Shown here: positions 22,922 through 35,852 of the stretch, in pieces
Layout: each line of letters begins with the position of its first letter
Position numbering within the stretch: the stretch's first letter is position 1
NCBI GenBank assembly: GCA_905178155.1
Contig: CAJINV010000011.1
Coordinates: forward strand, 1,509,216 to 1,573,215
Source of the DNA: Amoebophrya sp. A120
Lineage: Eukaryota; Protista; Dinoflagellata
DNA: 64,000 nt
Reading direction: 5' to 3'
The notes under the pieces: generated by a model
Seen by the model: the letters and a program-made list of their open reading frames with translations, nothing else
The model's database searches: none
What the model was told of the DNA's origin: nothing
Made by a program: the position numbers and the translations under genes

Positions 22922-25361
22922 TGCTGGATTTGGATACACGAGGAGGACTAAAAGTCAAAAGAGCAGCAAATAGGCAGAGAAACATCAAACGATGGTCGGA
23001 ACCATTTCGAACAGGACAGAAATTCGATTGCGTGGCCCGTGCGATTATTCGAACAAGGCGACTGCTACGGAACAGTGTCGAGTGGGAACGTTGGGAAATA
23101 AAAAGCTAATAGTACTCAGAAGATGCTAGAAGATTTGTTATTCTGACAAAGAAGTACTAGAGGTAGAGCCCTTTTCTTTGTCTCAACGTCGTACCAGTTC
23201 AGTGGTCACACACGACCTGGAAGAGAGCAAGCACACCGAATCGGTGCAGCTCCATCAAGAGGCATTTCGTTTTGCATGTGCCTGCTTCTACGCAGCTACT
23301 TACCAGTTCCGGCTGCTTGAGAAGTGCAAGTGTATGAACAGCAATAAAAGCAATGTCGTAAATTCCTAACAACATAAGTTACTTTTTTCCTGCAGACATT
23401 TTTTTTACCCAAGGCCCTCCCCCCTTCTTATTTTGCCTGCAGGTTTCTGATTGTTTGCAGCGACCAAGAAGGCTAGTTGATACATAATACATAGAGGAGT
23501 CAAACCAAGTCTGGAGGTACTACGGGTGACATGAACATGGTTGTCTGTCACTGTGCTTCGAAAGATGTTGTTAATTGACTCGCATCTTCAATACGAGTGC
23601 ATAGAGATCATGCGCCGTGGTCAACACCGCGGCTCTAGATCTTACGATTAATACCGGCCTTAGATCTTACGATAGAAATGATACAAGACCGCGGCCCTAC
23701 TAGAGGACGCTCCTCCTTACGCCTACGCACAGGGAGGACTGCCTCATCACTGCTGATTGGTGCGTGGTGCTTGCAGTGCCTATAACTAATACTACCGTGT
23801 GAAATGAGTGATTCTTTAAATGCTTTAATGATTTTCGATAGGAAGAGTACACAGAAGATTCACGTATACATGTCGTAGCTTTCGCTTTTTCACGCTACTA
23901 GCTTGCTTTACGTGCAAAATTTTCAAAATCCAAAAACCTTCCCTGGTTCTTCTTTCAGGCCTCGGATGAAGAACTTGAACTTTACAGAAAAAACAGCAGA
24001 AAACAGGAATGCCATCGGATATCGGTTGCGATTTCGCAAAACGTGGTGAACGCTCCAAACAAGTGGCGCCATTTTTTCCATTTGTATATTTATTAATATT
24101 TCTTGAAGATCAGCTCTGACACATCCTTGGTCGCTATAATTCGCGCCCCCGGCAACGTGAATTTTTGGTTGCCCTGTAGTGACATAATTTACTTATACAA
24201 CTTCATATGATGTAGATGTATAATTGATTTTTTTTTAGCTGATCATGAAGAGTCTCGTGGGTAGGTCAATGTCGTCTGTATTTCCGGCTGTAGTTCCTCT
24301 CCGTAACTAGAGCACAGTCGGGCGTGTCGTGGATAGTGTTGATGTACGATTGTGCTCAGCATAACCGTCAGAACATATGAAAAGCTGTGAAGAAGAACCA
24401 TCTCAGCCTCATTTCTACTTATCATAATATACAACTACTGACGATGAACACGAATGTTTCGTCCTCGAGAGACTGTTCCTAAGTGCGGTGCAGGACCACC
24501 GTGTTGTTGAAATAGATGACGTTGATCATTCTTTTCCTTGCGCTTGCGCAAAGATTTAGGAAAAGAACTTCTTTTCCATTGTATAGGAAGAGTGCTTCTT
24601 TTAAAGAAGCACTCCGCTTTATAAAGAAACTCTTTTTCCATTGTATTTTGATTATTCCGTTAGCCAATGCCAAACTTTATGCTGATGGAATAGCCCAGCC
24701 TCGCAAGTTCAACACCTTGCTCGACGTTGTTGACGCCGAGTATGTGCGGTGTGAGGCTCCAAAAGTTTTCCTTTTTCTTAACCGCAAATCGCTATGGTAC
24801 GATTACGAAGAGGGCCACGGCCACCAATTCAGAGGTATCATCTGCAGGTGGAGTGATACGAAAACGATAAACCGTGGCCATCACCAAAGGCATGAATATC
24901 ATAAATTAAAAGTACAAGTGGACACAAAGACAATATCAATATCTAAGAAACTCATCCAAAAACTATTTTCATAAAAGACTTAGAGTGGTAAAAATCCTGC
25001 GTTTGTAAAGACTTGTATACAGTTTAGTTTTCAATGTATACACAAAGACAAATTCAAAAACCACGTTGACGCAACTCGCACACGACCGTAGTTGCGCCAC
25101 GAAACACAAAGAAAAGTCGACATCATTTGTGTCGAGATAAAGTCGACCGCAACAGCGCGCTGTTTAGTTCGTGTTTTTTCTTTGTGCTTTTGAGTTTGTG
25201 GAAGTTTTTCTAGTTTTCTTCCTCGTTATTGAAATGGTGGTGACATTATAACATGATGAACGTCTTCTGATCAGGTTTTTCAGTTACTAGCACGACTCCA
25301 TCTTCTTTGTGTTGGTGGAAAAATCCTCCAGATGACTTGAGGCGAGGCTCGAACTGGAAGC

Positions 25362-28300
25362 ATGATGCCCCGTGTTTGTACAACAATAAACATAATGTTC
25401 ACAAGGCTCGTCGTGTTCTGTTTCGTCCGTCATGCAGCGCTGCTGTTTCAGCTCGTTGTCGTTCCCGCGCTACGGCCCCCGACCTCCGCGGCGAGCCAAC
25501 AAGCCACAACTAGCCCATCGTTTAGCGGTCGGGCTGGCGAAGATGCTGATGAACATCAGAGCGTCTTTCTGCAGTCGGACGAAGAGCTGCGCGGGGGTCG
25601 TGGCACAAACGTTGATCTTCCTGCCGGACAACAAGCATCTCAGCAGCATGGCGAGCTGCACAAGAGTCATTTCTCTACCACTAGCACTAGTACTTCTGCA
25701 GTGTTGACAGGGGCTGCGGCTACAACTCATCATCTGGAAGAAGATCATGGTGCACGACACAGTAGCTTTCAACATCAAACCCGGCTCACGAAGAACTCGA
25801 ACTCCACCATCGAAGCCGCAACCTCCGTCAAGGATCGCCTCAAAGCCGGCTGCCACCCCCGGAACCTCGCGCCGGTGCTTTGCGGCAGTCTCTTAGCGTT
25901 GCAAGCGGCGAGCAACGGTCGGCTGGCCGAGGAGTCCGGGAACCCCCTGTTCGCGTCGCTCTGCAGCTCCGTCGTCGGTGGAACCGTGATGCTGGCCTTG
26001 GGCGCGATGTCGGCGGGATCCGATTGTGTGGTGAAGAAGTTGTTGTCGGTGTCGGGGAGGAACGCAGAACAAGAGGAAAGTAGTGCTCAGTCGGAAGAAA
26101 AGAACTCTCCAGAACCAGATCAAGATCCGGAACAACAAGGTGTGTCAAACGACGGCAATGTTTCGCTCACAGCTCCACCCAGAAGTGAGGACACCTGTGC
26201 AGCAGCGCGGTCGAAAAATCACCGCGGGAACGAGCACAGAGAGGAAGATCCGCTCGCAGACGCGCGGGGCCTTGGCTTTGGGCAACAAGTGGTCGGCGTG
26301 TCGGAAGGTAACAGGCCACGGTGGAACTCGCACAACGTCGGAGTGGCGTCGTCATCCGTGCCTCCTGTGGGATCATCTTGTTTGAAGGCCGCCGTGGTGC
26401 CTTCAGGTTTAGCTGAACCTGAACAAGTCGACGTTGCGCGTAGTGCACGACCTACCACCAGCACGGACAGCTCCCCCTCCTCCTGTCCCGGGCCACGGGA
26501 CGTTTTAAACGCCTTAGCGAGCGTGGAGGAGGAGCAAATGCAGGATGCGCTGCTGCTGAGTATCAACGCCGCCTGCTTGGATTTTATGGGCCAGGACGAG
26601 GTGGTTGACGAGCATTCCAGGACGGTGCGGCAACAGATTGCGTACGAGCCTATCGAGGAAGGTGCAGCCGGGTTTGAAGACCAGTACAACTCCAATCCAG
26701 AATCGGATCTAAGCACCAGCGGCGAGGCTACATGGAGCGATAGTGGTGCTGGTTCCGGTTCGGCAGGCCGCGGCGGGCACTTGTTCCGGACTTCTTCTGC
26801 TTCGGGGGCAACAAGAATATTAACCGCGGACAAAGTCGCGAGATGGAATGTCGCGTGGGCCATGGCGAGGGGGGAAGGCGACGAAGAGGCAGAGGGAGGT
26901 AAACAATCCAACAGCGGTCCTCGTCGTGTACTACGATCTGCAGTCGACGCAAACGCGATGGACACAGACGATCAAGAAGAACAAAGTGGATCGGAAGCGA
27001 ATGACCAAGAAGATGATCGAGGGAAATCGAAATTGGTCGAAATTGAAGAGAACTACGTAGGGAAGCTGCCTGGGCTGCCTGGACCACGACCGTCGGAATT
27101 GCCAGCCGCTTGTTATTCTGGCGCAACACAAGTTCTTGACGAAACCTCCACAAGAAGGCTGCCTGATCCGGAACAGCAGCGATTACACTCTATCTTCGGA
27201 GACGATGATGATCACGTGTTGATGGGGCAGCACCACCACCACGACCGGAGCGGAGTCTCACCCCCGTCCACTTCACCAAACAGAGCAAGCCGCGCCACGG
27301 GCTGTACAACTAGCAGTTCCAGTAGCAGCGCACGGCCGCCTGCTCGGATGTTCTCCACAGCCTCCCCACGAATAACTGACTGGATGCGGCAAAAGGCGCG
27401 TGGAGGTCTGAACAAGGAAGCAGACGGCGAAGGCCGTTTTAGAGCTACGACTTCCTATGACAAGAAATCCAATTTTTCATTTTCTCTCCACCCACGCCGG
27501 AAGCCTGCAATCGACGACCCTTTTGGCGACGATGCTGGAGGTGGGGACACGTCCGCGTCAGATTTTGAAGGAACAACGGAAATGATCCTCAATTTGGACG
27601 ACGATAGTCCTAGCAGAAGTGACTTCAACAACGTTGCGCCCGTGGTGCTCGGGAAACGCACTTCACCTAGACTGTCACACGAAAGCAACACGCATGTTCT
27701 GAAGGGTGTTGCCCTTCGGAAAGCCGATGGCGGGACAGATGGTAAGACGCAACAAATAATTGGCCAGCACAAGAAGCGGCATGGTGGGCAGCGTGATGTA
27801 GTTGCAGATGGCTTTGCCCTGGCGTCGGTGCACCAGCAACTGCAACAACAGGGCGATTTTGCTTCTACGAGCAATAAAGAACAAGAAACAACCACCACCC
27901 CGAGCAAAAGCGCGAACCGCAGACGACCGTTTAATTTTTTCCCGCCAACATCTTCTTCCTCCGCTCGTCAGGCAGCGCAGCAGTTTCTCGATTTGTTCCG
28001 AGCCAAGAGCACGAAGCAGCTGCAAGCGGCAAGAAAGCTTTTCTACGAGCTGAAACACACGAAAAACAAGAGGAAAAAGCTCTGGTTCCTCCGCCGGTTC
28101 CTGTCCCGCCTGGTGCTCGGCGGCCCGGTCGCCGCCAGTGCGGTGGCGCTCGCCTGCATGGCCGTACCGAAAACGGGCGTTTTGAGCTACACCATGGCCT
28201 GGATTGTTGGGCAGATGTTCGTGTCCGCAGCCGTGGACCACCGGGGGAGCATGGGCATCAAGCGGAAAATGACGGGAAAAAAGTGCCTCGCCTCCCTCCT

Positions 28301-29302
28301 CGCCCCCGTCGGCCTGTTAGTGGCCGCCGCGGGGCAAACGGGAACTCGCTCCCCAGCAGGAGAAACAGATCAGAGTCAGTTGGAAGCACTGGTGAAGGTT
28401 TTAATCCCCTCGAACGACAAAGCGCTCTACCTTCTCGCGGCGATGTTGAGTGGCGGCTTGATGCCGGTCGCTCGCGTCTCTCTCGTGCAGTTGAACGCGC
28501 TCTTACCGAACCGCATGCTAACAACCGGGGGGATTGCGTATGTGTCCGGTGCGTTGGCGCAATTTCTATTCCTTGTGATACTGTCCAAACCATTGGGTTT
28601 GACGACAGCGAGCGAACTCTTCGATGGTTTGTTCGACGGGAATGACGATCCATCATCCGACTTTGGTTTTGCTAGCACGGCGGGAACTACTAGCGCAACA
28701 AATTTCACGACTTCTACTATTGCACCAACAGCAGCTGCACAGCTTGCCGTAGAAGCTTCCTCGTTCAGTAGCAGCAAAAGCCTAGAAGCACTTCTCGTCC
28801 GCCTGCCGCTGATTACCTGGTGTGGCGGCTTCGTGGGCGCGGTGCAGTTTTTTTCTATTCTACTCTTCCAGAAGAAGATCGGCGCTTTGCGGTACTTTCT
28901 CCTCGTGTTGCTCGGACAACTGTCCACCAGTCTGCCTTATAGATTGCAAAAATGTGTGGGTCTGAAAGAATACAAACTTGTGATGCGCATTTCAGAACAC
29001 AGAAAAATCTCTCATGCATAGGTAGCAAAAGCTGCCCACATTCTGTCCCCAAAGCGGGGGATTTGTCATGCGGATTCGGCATTGCGGAAGCTTCTCGAAA
29101 CCTGTGATGCTAGAGCTTCCATGCCAGACCTTCTGCGTCATGCAAAAATAGCACGACTCTTCTAGACACAGACATTTTTGCATTTGATATGCCTCTGGAC
29201 CACTACGGACTGCTGGGCTTCGAAAGACGCGAGGTCACAGCGTATCCGGTGGCGGGGGTGGTGTTGGTGTTGCTGAGTGTGCTGTTCAACCAAGCGCTGT
29301 GA
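25362..29302 (+). CDS. DMT-superfamily (YdcZ-like) membrane transporter with very long low-complexity insertions
   Basis: GSLLALQAASNGRLAE..NPLFASLCSSVVG; GQMFVSAAVDH; WCGGFVGA; after intron removal GQLSTSLPLDHYGLLGFERR..VAGVVLVLLSV, the typical YdcZ-type repeat ending. Confidence 0.8.
28938..29189. mobile_element. TIR introner (family A), TSD TGCCT
   Basis: TIR tatagattgcaaaaatgtgtgggtct / agacacagacatttttgcatttgata; 257-nt removal restores the conserved DHYG motif. Confidence 0.93.
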
Positions 29303-29572
29303 AGATCCTGAACTAGGGCCAGTTGCAATCCATCGTGGTTCTGGTTGTCTGCAGCTTGAACCCAAAACGCCAACTCCATATCCTTGTACCAGCACCAGCT
29401 GTGCATTTTGAGAATAAAGTCTGCACAAAAATAGATTTTGAATTGCCTGAATTTTGCTTTTCATTTCGTTTTGAGCACCAGGTTTGCTTTTTGATGAAGA
29501 AGATCTGCAACTTTTTGGGAACATGAACAACCGATTGCGGTACTAAAATAGGGAGAACATATACAAGAACAT

Positions 29573-31516
29573 GGCATGAGCGCAAATAACAGCAATAGCA
29601 TCGTGATTGGTGTTTTTGGTCTAGATGAGAGCAAAACTGCGAAACCCACCACGACCGAGCGCAACCCACCGCAACCCACCGCAACCCACCGCAACCCACC
29701 GCAACCCACCGCAACCCACCGCAACCCACCGCAACCCACCGCAACCCTCCGCAACCCTCCGCAACCCTCCGCAACCCTCCACAACCCTCCACAACCCTCC
29801 ACAACCCTCCACAACCCTCCGCAACCCTCCGCAACCCTCCGCAACCCCCCACAACCCTCCGCAACCCTCCGCAACCCTCCTCCCCCCGCTCCGCTGGTGC
29901 TTCCTTACCCCCCCCCGCTTCTTATGTGTGATCTGCCATGTGTGCAGTGGCTTTGTTTTCTTTTTTTGGGAGAATGAAAAAAGTATAAAGCAGGAGCCCT
30001 CCGGAACCCCCCTCCCCCCGCAACGCTGGTGCTTCCTTACTCCCCCCGCTTCTTATATGTGATCTGCTATGTATATAGTAGCTTTGTTTTCCTTTTTTGA
30101 AAGAATGAAAAAAAGTATAAAGCATAAGCCCGCTGCAACCCTCCTCGCCCCCACCGCTCCGCTGGTGTTTCCTTACTCCCCCCGCTTGTTACATGTGATC
30201 TGCTATGTATGTAGTTAGCCTTGCTGTCTTTTTTTGAAAGAAAAAGAATGAGAAAAAGTATAACGCGCAAAGTAAATTATGAGGCTGCAGCGATCGGTTG
30301 CGTTGGTTATGGCTTCTGGATCTACCCAGATCGCTGCAGCCCCATAGCGCCCTTCCTTGTTATGTTGTATACTTTCTTTCATTCAGCAGAGTTGCCATTA
30401 GCATAGCGCGCCACATATAACAAGTGAGGGGAGTAAGTAAGGAAACACCAGAGGAGCGGGGGGAGGAGGGTTGCGGCGGGTTGTGGAGGGTTGTGGTGGG
30501 TTGTGGAGGGTTGCGGCGGGTTGCGCTGGTTTCTGGATCTACCCAGATCGCTGCAGCCTCGACACTGTATGCTTGTGCTTTGTGCTTTTTTTCGTTCTTA
30601 AAAAAAAAAGGAAAAAGCACGACTATATACATAGCGCATCACATAGAACAAGGGGGGGAGTAAGGAAACACCAGGGGAGCGGAGGGAGGGGGGTTGTGGA
30701 GGGTTGCGGGGGGTTGCGCTGGTTTCTGGTTCTACGTCTACCCAGATCATGGCAGCCTCATCGCTTACTTATGCTCTATACTTCTTTTTAGATATTCTTT
30801 CAAAAAAAGATGAAAAAGCCTCTATATACATAGCAGACCACATACAACAAGCGGAGAGAGTAAGGAAACACCAGGGGAGCGGGGGGAGGAGGGTTGCGGA
30901 GGGTTATGGAGGGTTGCGGAGGGTTGCGGAGGGTTGATGTGGTGGATTGCAGATTTCTGGCGTGTATTCTAGTACTTTCTTTTTTTTTTATTCGTTCAAA
31001 AAAAAAAAAACAAAGCTACTATACACGTAGCAGATCACATATAACAAGCGGGGGGAGTATGGAAACACCAGGGAGCGGGGGGAGGAGCGGGGGTTGCGGT
31101 GGGTTGCGGTGGATTGCAGATTTATGGTGTGCATTATAGTGCTACTTTATTTTTTTTCATTCTTTAAAAAAAAAAATAAAAAACAAAGCGGAGGGTTGCG
31201 GTGGGTTGTAGATTTATGGTGTGTATTATAGTACTACTTTACTTTTTTTAATGTTGTTATACTAATATATATTAGATTATAATATAATACTATTATATAT
31301 TCTACTAATATAATAGCACTAATAAAATACTAGTAGTGCTAGTATGTGTATGCATATATGCGGGGGGGGAAGAGGTTCGCCCGGGCGCGGAATTCGGCTT
31401 TTTGCCTTTTTTCTCAAAATTGAGGAACACGCCGGGGATCCAATTCGTTGCAGTTCTTGCACAAGTAGGAAAAAAATGCAAATCACGATGCTACTGCTGC
31501 TATTTGCTCTCATACC
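29573..31516. mobile_element. ~1.95-kb foldback-type (possibly MULE-related) non-autonomous DNA transposon
   Basis: ~45-bp TIR ggcatgagcgcaaataacagcaatagcatcgtgatt / aatcacgatgctactgctgctatttgctctcatacc; flanking repeat caagaacatgg at 29564-29574 and 31516-31526 (8-10 bp TSD depending on boundary); internal modules mirrored about ~30300. Confidence 0.8.
29660..29880 (+). repeat. 10-bp tandem array GCAACCC(A/T)CC, ~22 copies
   Basis: Directly visible; reverse-complement units (GGGTTGCGGA) recur at ~30470-30520, 30690, 30890-30935, 31090, 31190. Confidence 0.95.
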
Positions 31517-31911
31517 AAGAACATGGGATAATTGATTGAGTGCATGCTGTAAACCGGAAGAAAAGAGTTAAGTGCATCGCTCGGCAAAGAAGTGATGGAT
31601 ATAGTGTTCGTCAACATGTCGTAGAAGTCTTTAGGCATGTTCATAACTCGTTGTCTTACTCAAATTCGTGTGAAATAGCTAGGGGATGAGAGAATCGCTG
31701 CTTGTTCAGTTGCTCATCGCCGTCGAATGTTCGTGATCGTAGTAACTTCGCTATTCTTGTTGGTTATACTTCGGTGGACGAAATCCGCCATCTGAACCGG
31801 AATCATAGGTGCGTGAAGATCGTGAAGTTGCCAAACAAAAATCGTATGTCGTTTATCGCAGCGGACAACTAACTTTCATCGACGAAGGCAGTTTCATATG
31901 TCAAGTATACC

Positions 31912-34900
31912 ATGGCCAGCACAGGCACAGCAAGGATGAACTCCAACATGCTAGAAGAGGACGCGGCAGCGTCGCTCTTTCTCTCTAGCAGTAGGGCCGA
32001 CCATGTGAAGGCACCAGGCGCATCACAACTTGCAGGCTCGTCGGAGACCACGATTTTGGAGGCAGCTTCAGGCGGAAGAAGTAGCAGCGAAAGTACTATT
32101 ACCAGCAAGTTGCACAAGCTCAACCCTTTGTTGCAGAGTTGTACAAGCAAGAGTTCGACGACGTCCAGCTCCACCAGCTACGGTACTTGCCACGAGCTGA
32201 CCACTTTCACTGACCCCAACGTGACCGGAAATGCTCAAGCAGCAGGTGGCGCCACTCCGAATTTTTCCGCGTCCTTGCGAGCGACTGTAGACCAAAAACA
32301 ACATCACCCACTTTACTCCAGCACGCGGGCCCGGTTTTTCAAGAAGACAATCGCCTGGATTCCCTTGTTGGCGCCGTCTAATTCATCTCAACCGAGCAGC
32401 ACAGCTTCCTCTTCAGCAGCAGCGTCATCATGCGGAGCATCGTCAACCAAAAGCGCGCTTGTAGTTCCTGGCTCTGTCGAAGAAACCACGGCTCAGTACC
32501 TGGAGCAGGAACGCGCCCGGGTACGGTCCCGCTTCGTGATCCTCTGCTGTTTCCTCACCGTGTACCTGACCTCTGTGCTGACCCAGTACATCCTGGTCGG
32601 CGGTCCCATGTGCGTAATTTGGTCGAAACAACGTGGGTTTCTGCTTACCACAACGGACAAGTGCGACGACACAAGCAGCATTCTGGACGAAGAAATTACT
32701 GCTGGACTTCTACTACAGGGAGCAAAAACTACGTCGAAACAAGAACCAGTTTCGACCACCCAGATGACTTCTTCTTTCGGGCGCCCCCGCCTCACCACGA
32801 GCGCCGGAACGCCGCAGAACTTGCGGGGAAGTGCGACAGCAGCGCTGAACGCTTTTTCCGAAGTAATCAAAGAGGATCTCCAGCATGACTGGAACGTGAT
32901 GACTGGTGCGGAAGACAAGAACGCTGGTGTGACCCAAAATGTAAATGCGGTTAGCGTTAGCGGTGGAGCTGCAGCAGGGCCGGCTTCAGCCGAACAAGGA
33001 GGAGCTGATAAACAAGGCACCAGCGATTCTTCTTTTCCCAAAAAAGAAATCGTCGACTACCGCATTGCGGACGCGGGTGACCGGTGGTGTGTGAGCTTTA
33101 GCGGGATCCTGTGGTTGCCGCAGCCCTGCCGCCTCGGCGGCGACGACTCCTGGTTTGTCAACGGGGCGATAACCGAGGTGGGGAGGAAGGTGGACAGGAT
33201 GAACAAACAAACTGCATCAAATGTGCGGCACGACGTTCTTGCGCAACAAGAAGCCGGTGCTGTTGAGCACCAAGGACAGCCACAATTATCGCAGGACCAA
33301 TCGCAGCTCCCGCCGAGCGCCTTCTACTTCCCGACCCCGAATGCCTTCAGTCTGATGAACTTCCAGGATCCGGCGCGACAGCAGGAAATGGACATGCAGC
33401 AGTTTCAACCAGCAGGTGGAACTGGTGCTGGTCGTCGTGTGGGGGACGATCCCACGTCCGAAGCGTCCTCCTCGGTGATCCAGCTGGCGGCGAGCGAGGA
33501 TGTGAATTCTGTGCCTGTTCGCACGATGATGCACGATGCTGATACGATTGGCGGTTCGAGTACTAGCACTAGTATCATGCAGCTGGGGGAGGAACACGAA
33601 CAGGAACAGCGTGTGGAAGTCGAAGTGCAAGACCAAGTCGCCGCTAGTACTGCTCACCAGCAATACAAACTAGCCTCTTCGCGGCACTTCTCGAGTAGTT
33701 CTGCGGCAGAGCAGCAGCAAAAACGGAAGTTGTACGAGAAGGCATTGCGGATGCAGAAGCGAGAGCGGGAGTTGGAGAAAGTGGATGAAGGAGGAGACCG
33801 CGGTAGTCTGGAGAGCGACCTCGATTTGGGGGACGTGGACGAGGGAGTGCGTGCTCAGAAACCAGAAGGAAGCGGCATGGTCCCCGTCGCGAAGGATTTT
33901 CCCTTGATCTCGCAGCTCCGGATGCGCACTCCTCGGTCCGATGTCGCAGAAGGAGGGAGCGAGGCTCACTTTTACGGCGTTTACGGTGTACCGGGAGCGG
34001 TCACAGGGCTCACGGGTGATACGGAGTTTCAACGACCGTGTCTCGCGGAAAGCCAAATTCCTGCACTGCTGAACGCCGGCTTAGTAGCTCGGCAAGACTT
34101 CGTATATCAAAGCTTGAGCTCTTCGTGTTGATCTTTATCTATTGGGTAAAACATCAAGTACAAACAAAAATACAGAGATCAAAATAGAAATCTTGCGTCG
34201 CGCCGCCCCCACTTGATATTGAAAAGCACACCAAAAAACAGAACCGCCAGGACGCGTCGCTCACGTGGTTCGAGTTGCTGTTTTCGACGGCAAAGCCAAA
34301 TCAGTTCCTTCTTCACTACACCTACCGTGTCAGTGTGCCCGACGGTAGCGGGAAGGGTGCTGCCGGAAATCCGACTGGTTTGAGTCGCGTTGTCGTTGTC
34401 GACTGCAACGTGCCTGGAGGAAAGTGCAAAGACAGCACAAAGCTACCAGTGTGGACAATTAACGGTGGAAAAGCAATCCAAGTTGCAGACGAAGTTGCGA
34501 GTTTAAGCGTCAAAATGGCATCGGAGGAGGAGGTAGCAGAACCTGTTAGTTGATTATTTATTAGGTTTGTCGCGTCCGCTTCGGATGAGGTCAGCTCGAG
34601 TGTTGGAATGTCTCTACTAACCTTGATAGCGATATGAATGACGAAGAAAATCAAAACATGGGCTAAAATCCAGATCTCTGTCTCACAAAATCTCGTACAG
34701 ATGGACAATGCGGCCACGGAGCCGGACAAAGCGTGGAAGAACGGTTACTACAAGGACACGCTCAAGCCGGAGCAAGACTTTGCGTTTGGAAACCGCGAAG
34801 AGCGGATGGAAAAAAATGAGTACCCCTACTTCGAACTGAGCATCAAAAAACTTGAAGACGGCGCTACTGTCCCGGACGAGCCAAAACCCGATGACGCGGA

Positions 34901-34967
34901 CGTGAATGAGCTTGACCAACCCAAAACGGTAACGGGAGTGTGCGGTTCGGGCTCGGGGGCTTCGTAG
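31912..34967 (+). CDS. Unknown protein with one predicted TM segment; probably 2 introns
   Basis: 739-aa ORF with hydrophobic FVILCCFLTVYLTSVLTQYILVGG; in-frame GA-AG intron 34096-34250 (tentative) and GT-AG intron 34533-34700. Confidence 0.6.
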
Positions 34968-35852
34968 TTCCGATTACATGGTTGTTCACATTCTTTTTTC
35001 TTGCACCCTGACGATCATACCCTTGCTTATTCTTGATGTATGATTTGTAGTTTTGATATGTATACTCTACTTCTGCGTCTTGTGTTACGTTTCAATATGG
35101 ACACAAAAGCAATAATGGCAGCTGCACGTGTACCTACCTGCCTTCGACCAAAGTTTCAAAGAATCAAATGGCAGTCCCGCGGTACCCAGTATGCTAAATG
35201 TAAATCTTCATCTGATACGTCGGACAACTGTAGTTGGAAAGCCCATCCTTACTAAGTCAAAGTGTGCTGCTCTTCGAAAATAAGTGTCAGAGACAACCAC
35301 ATGAGACACCGTTGAAAGAATTCTTGTAGCACTTGAGATAACTACGGGGACGGTGCCCAAATCAAAATCTGTTCATCGCCTTGACCTGCTTTCCAGATGC
35401 GATTACTCGCGCAGTGACTGTTCGAGGCATGATGTGCGAGTACATGGAGCGAAGCGTGCAAATCTTCAAGGAAAAGCGAGGAAGCTAGTAACTCCCGTGT
35501 AATTGCTTTTGCTATTGCTTATCATTTTCCGAGCGTCACTGGTGTATCCTCATGATAGAAACGACTTGCGAGTCGTTGTTATTCTTTTGTTTCGGTGGTA
35601 CTACAGCAAACTCTTCGCAATTTTTGAGCACAAACAAGAAGAGGCATCGGCATGAACGCAAAGAGCGCCACCAGCACAACCACAATGAGCTAGTTGATAT
35701 TCGGGAGCAAACCGGCTAAATGTAAACCAGGCTCAGCGTAAAGTGGCCGCGCTAACATAGGATAGCCAAATAACGAAGTACAAGTATTGTTTTTTCTGAG
35801 GACGAGCTTGGTGGAACCCTACTAGAAGCAGGAGCTTCTGAAGTACAGAAGA

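Noticed and set aside
24200-25000. AT-rich short ORFs (e.g. 24516..24974)
   Set aside because: Composition unlike local genes and no motif; possibly a relic but unsupported.
29313-30062. ORFs with RRVAEGCGG / NPPQPSAT repeats; CRISPR or telomere interpretation
   Set aside because: Translations of a 10-bp tandem array inside a foldback element; no unique spacers and not a telomeric unit.
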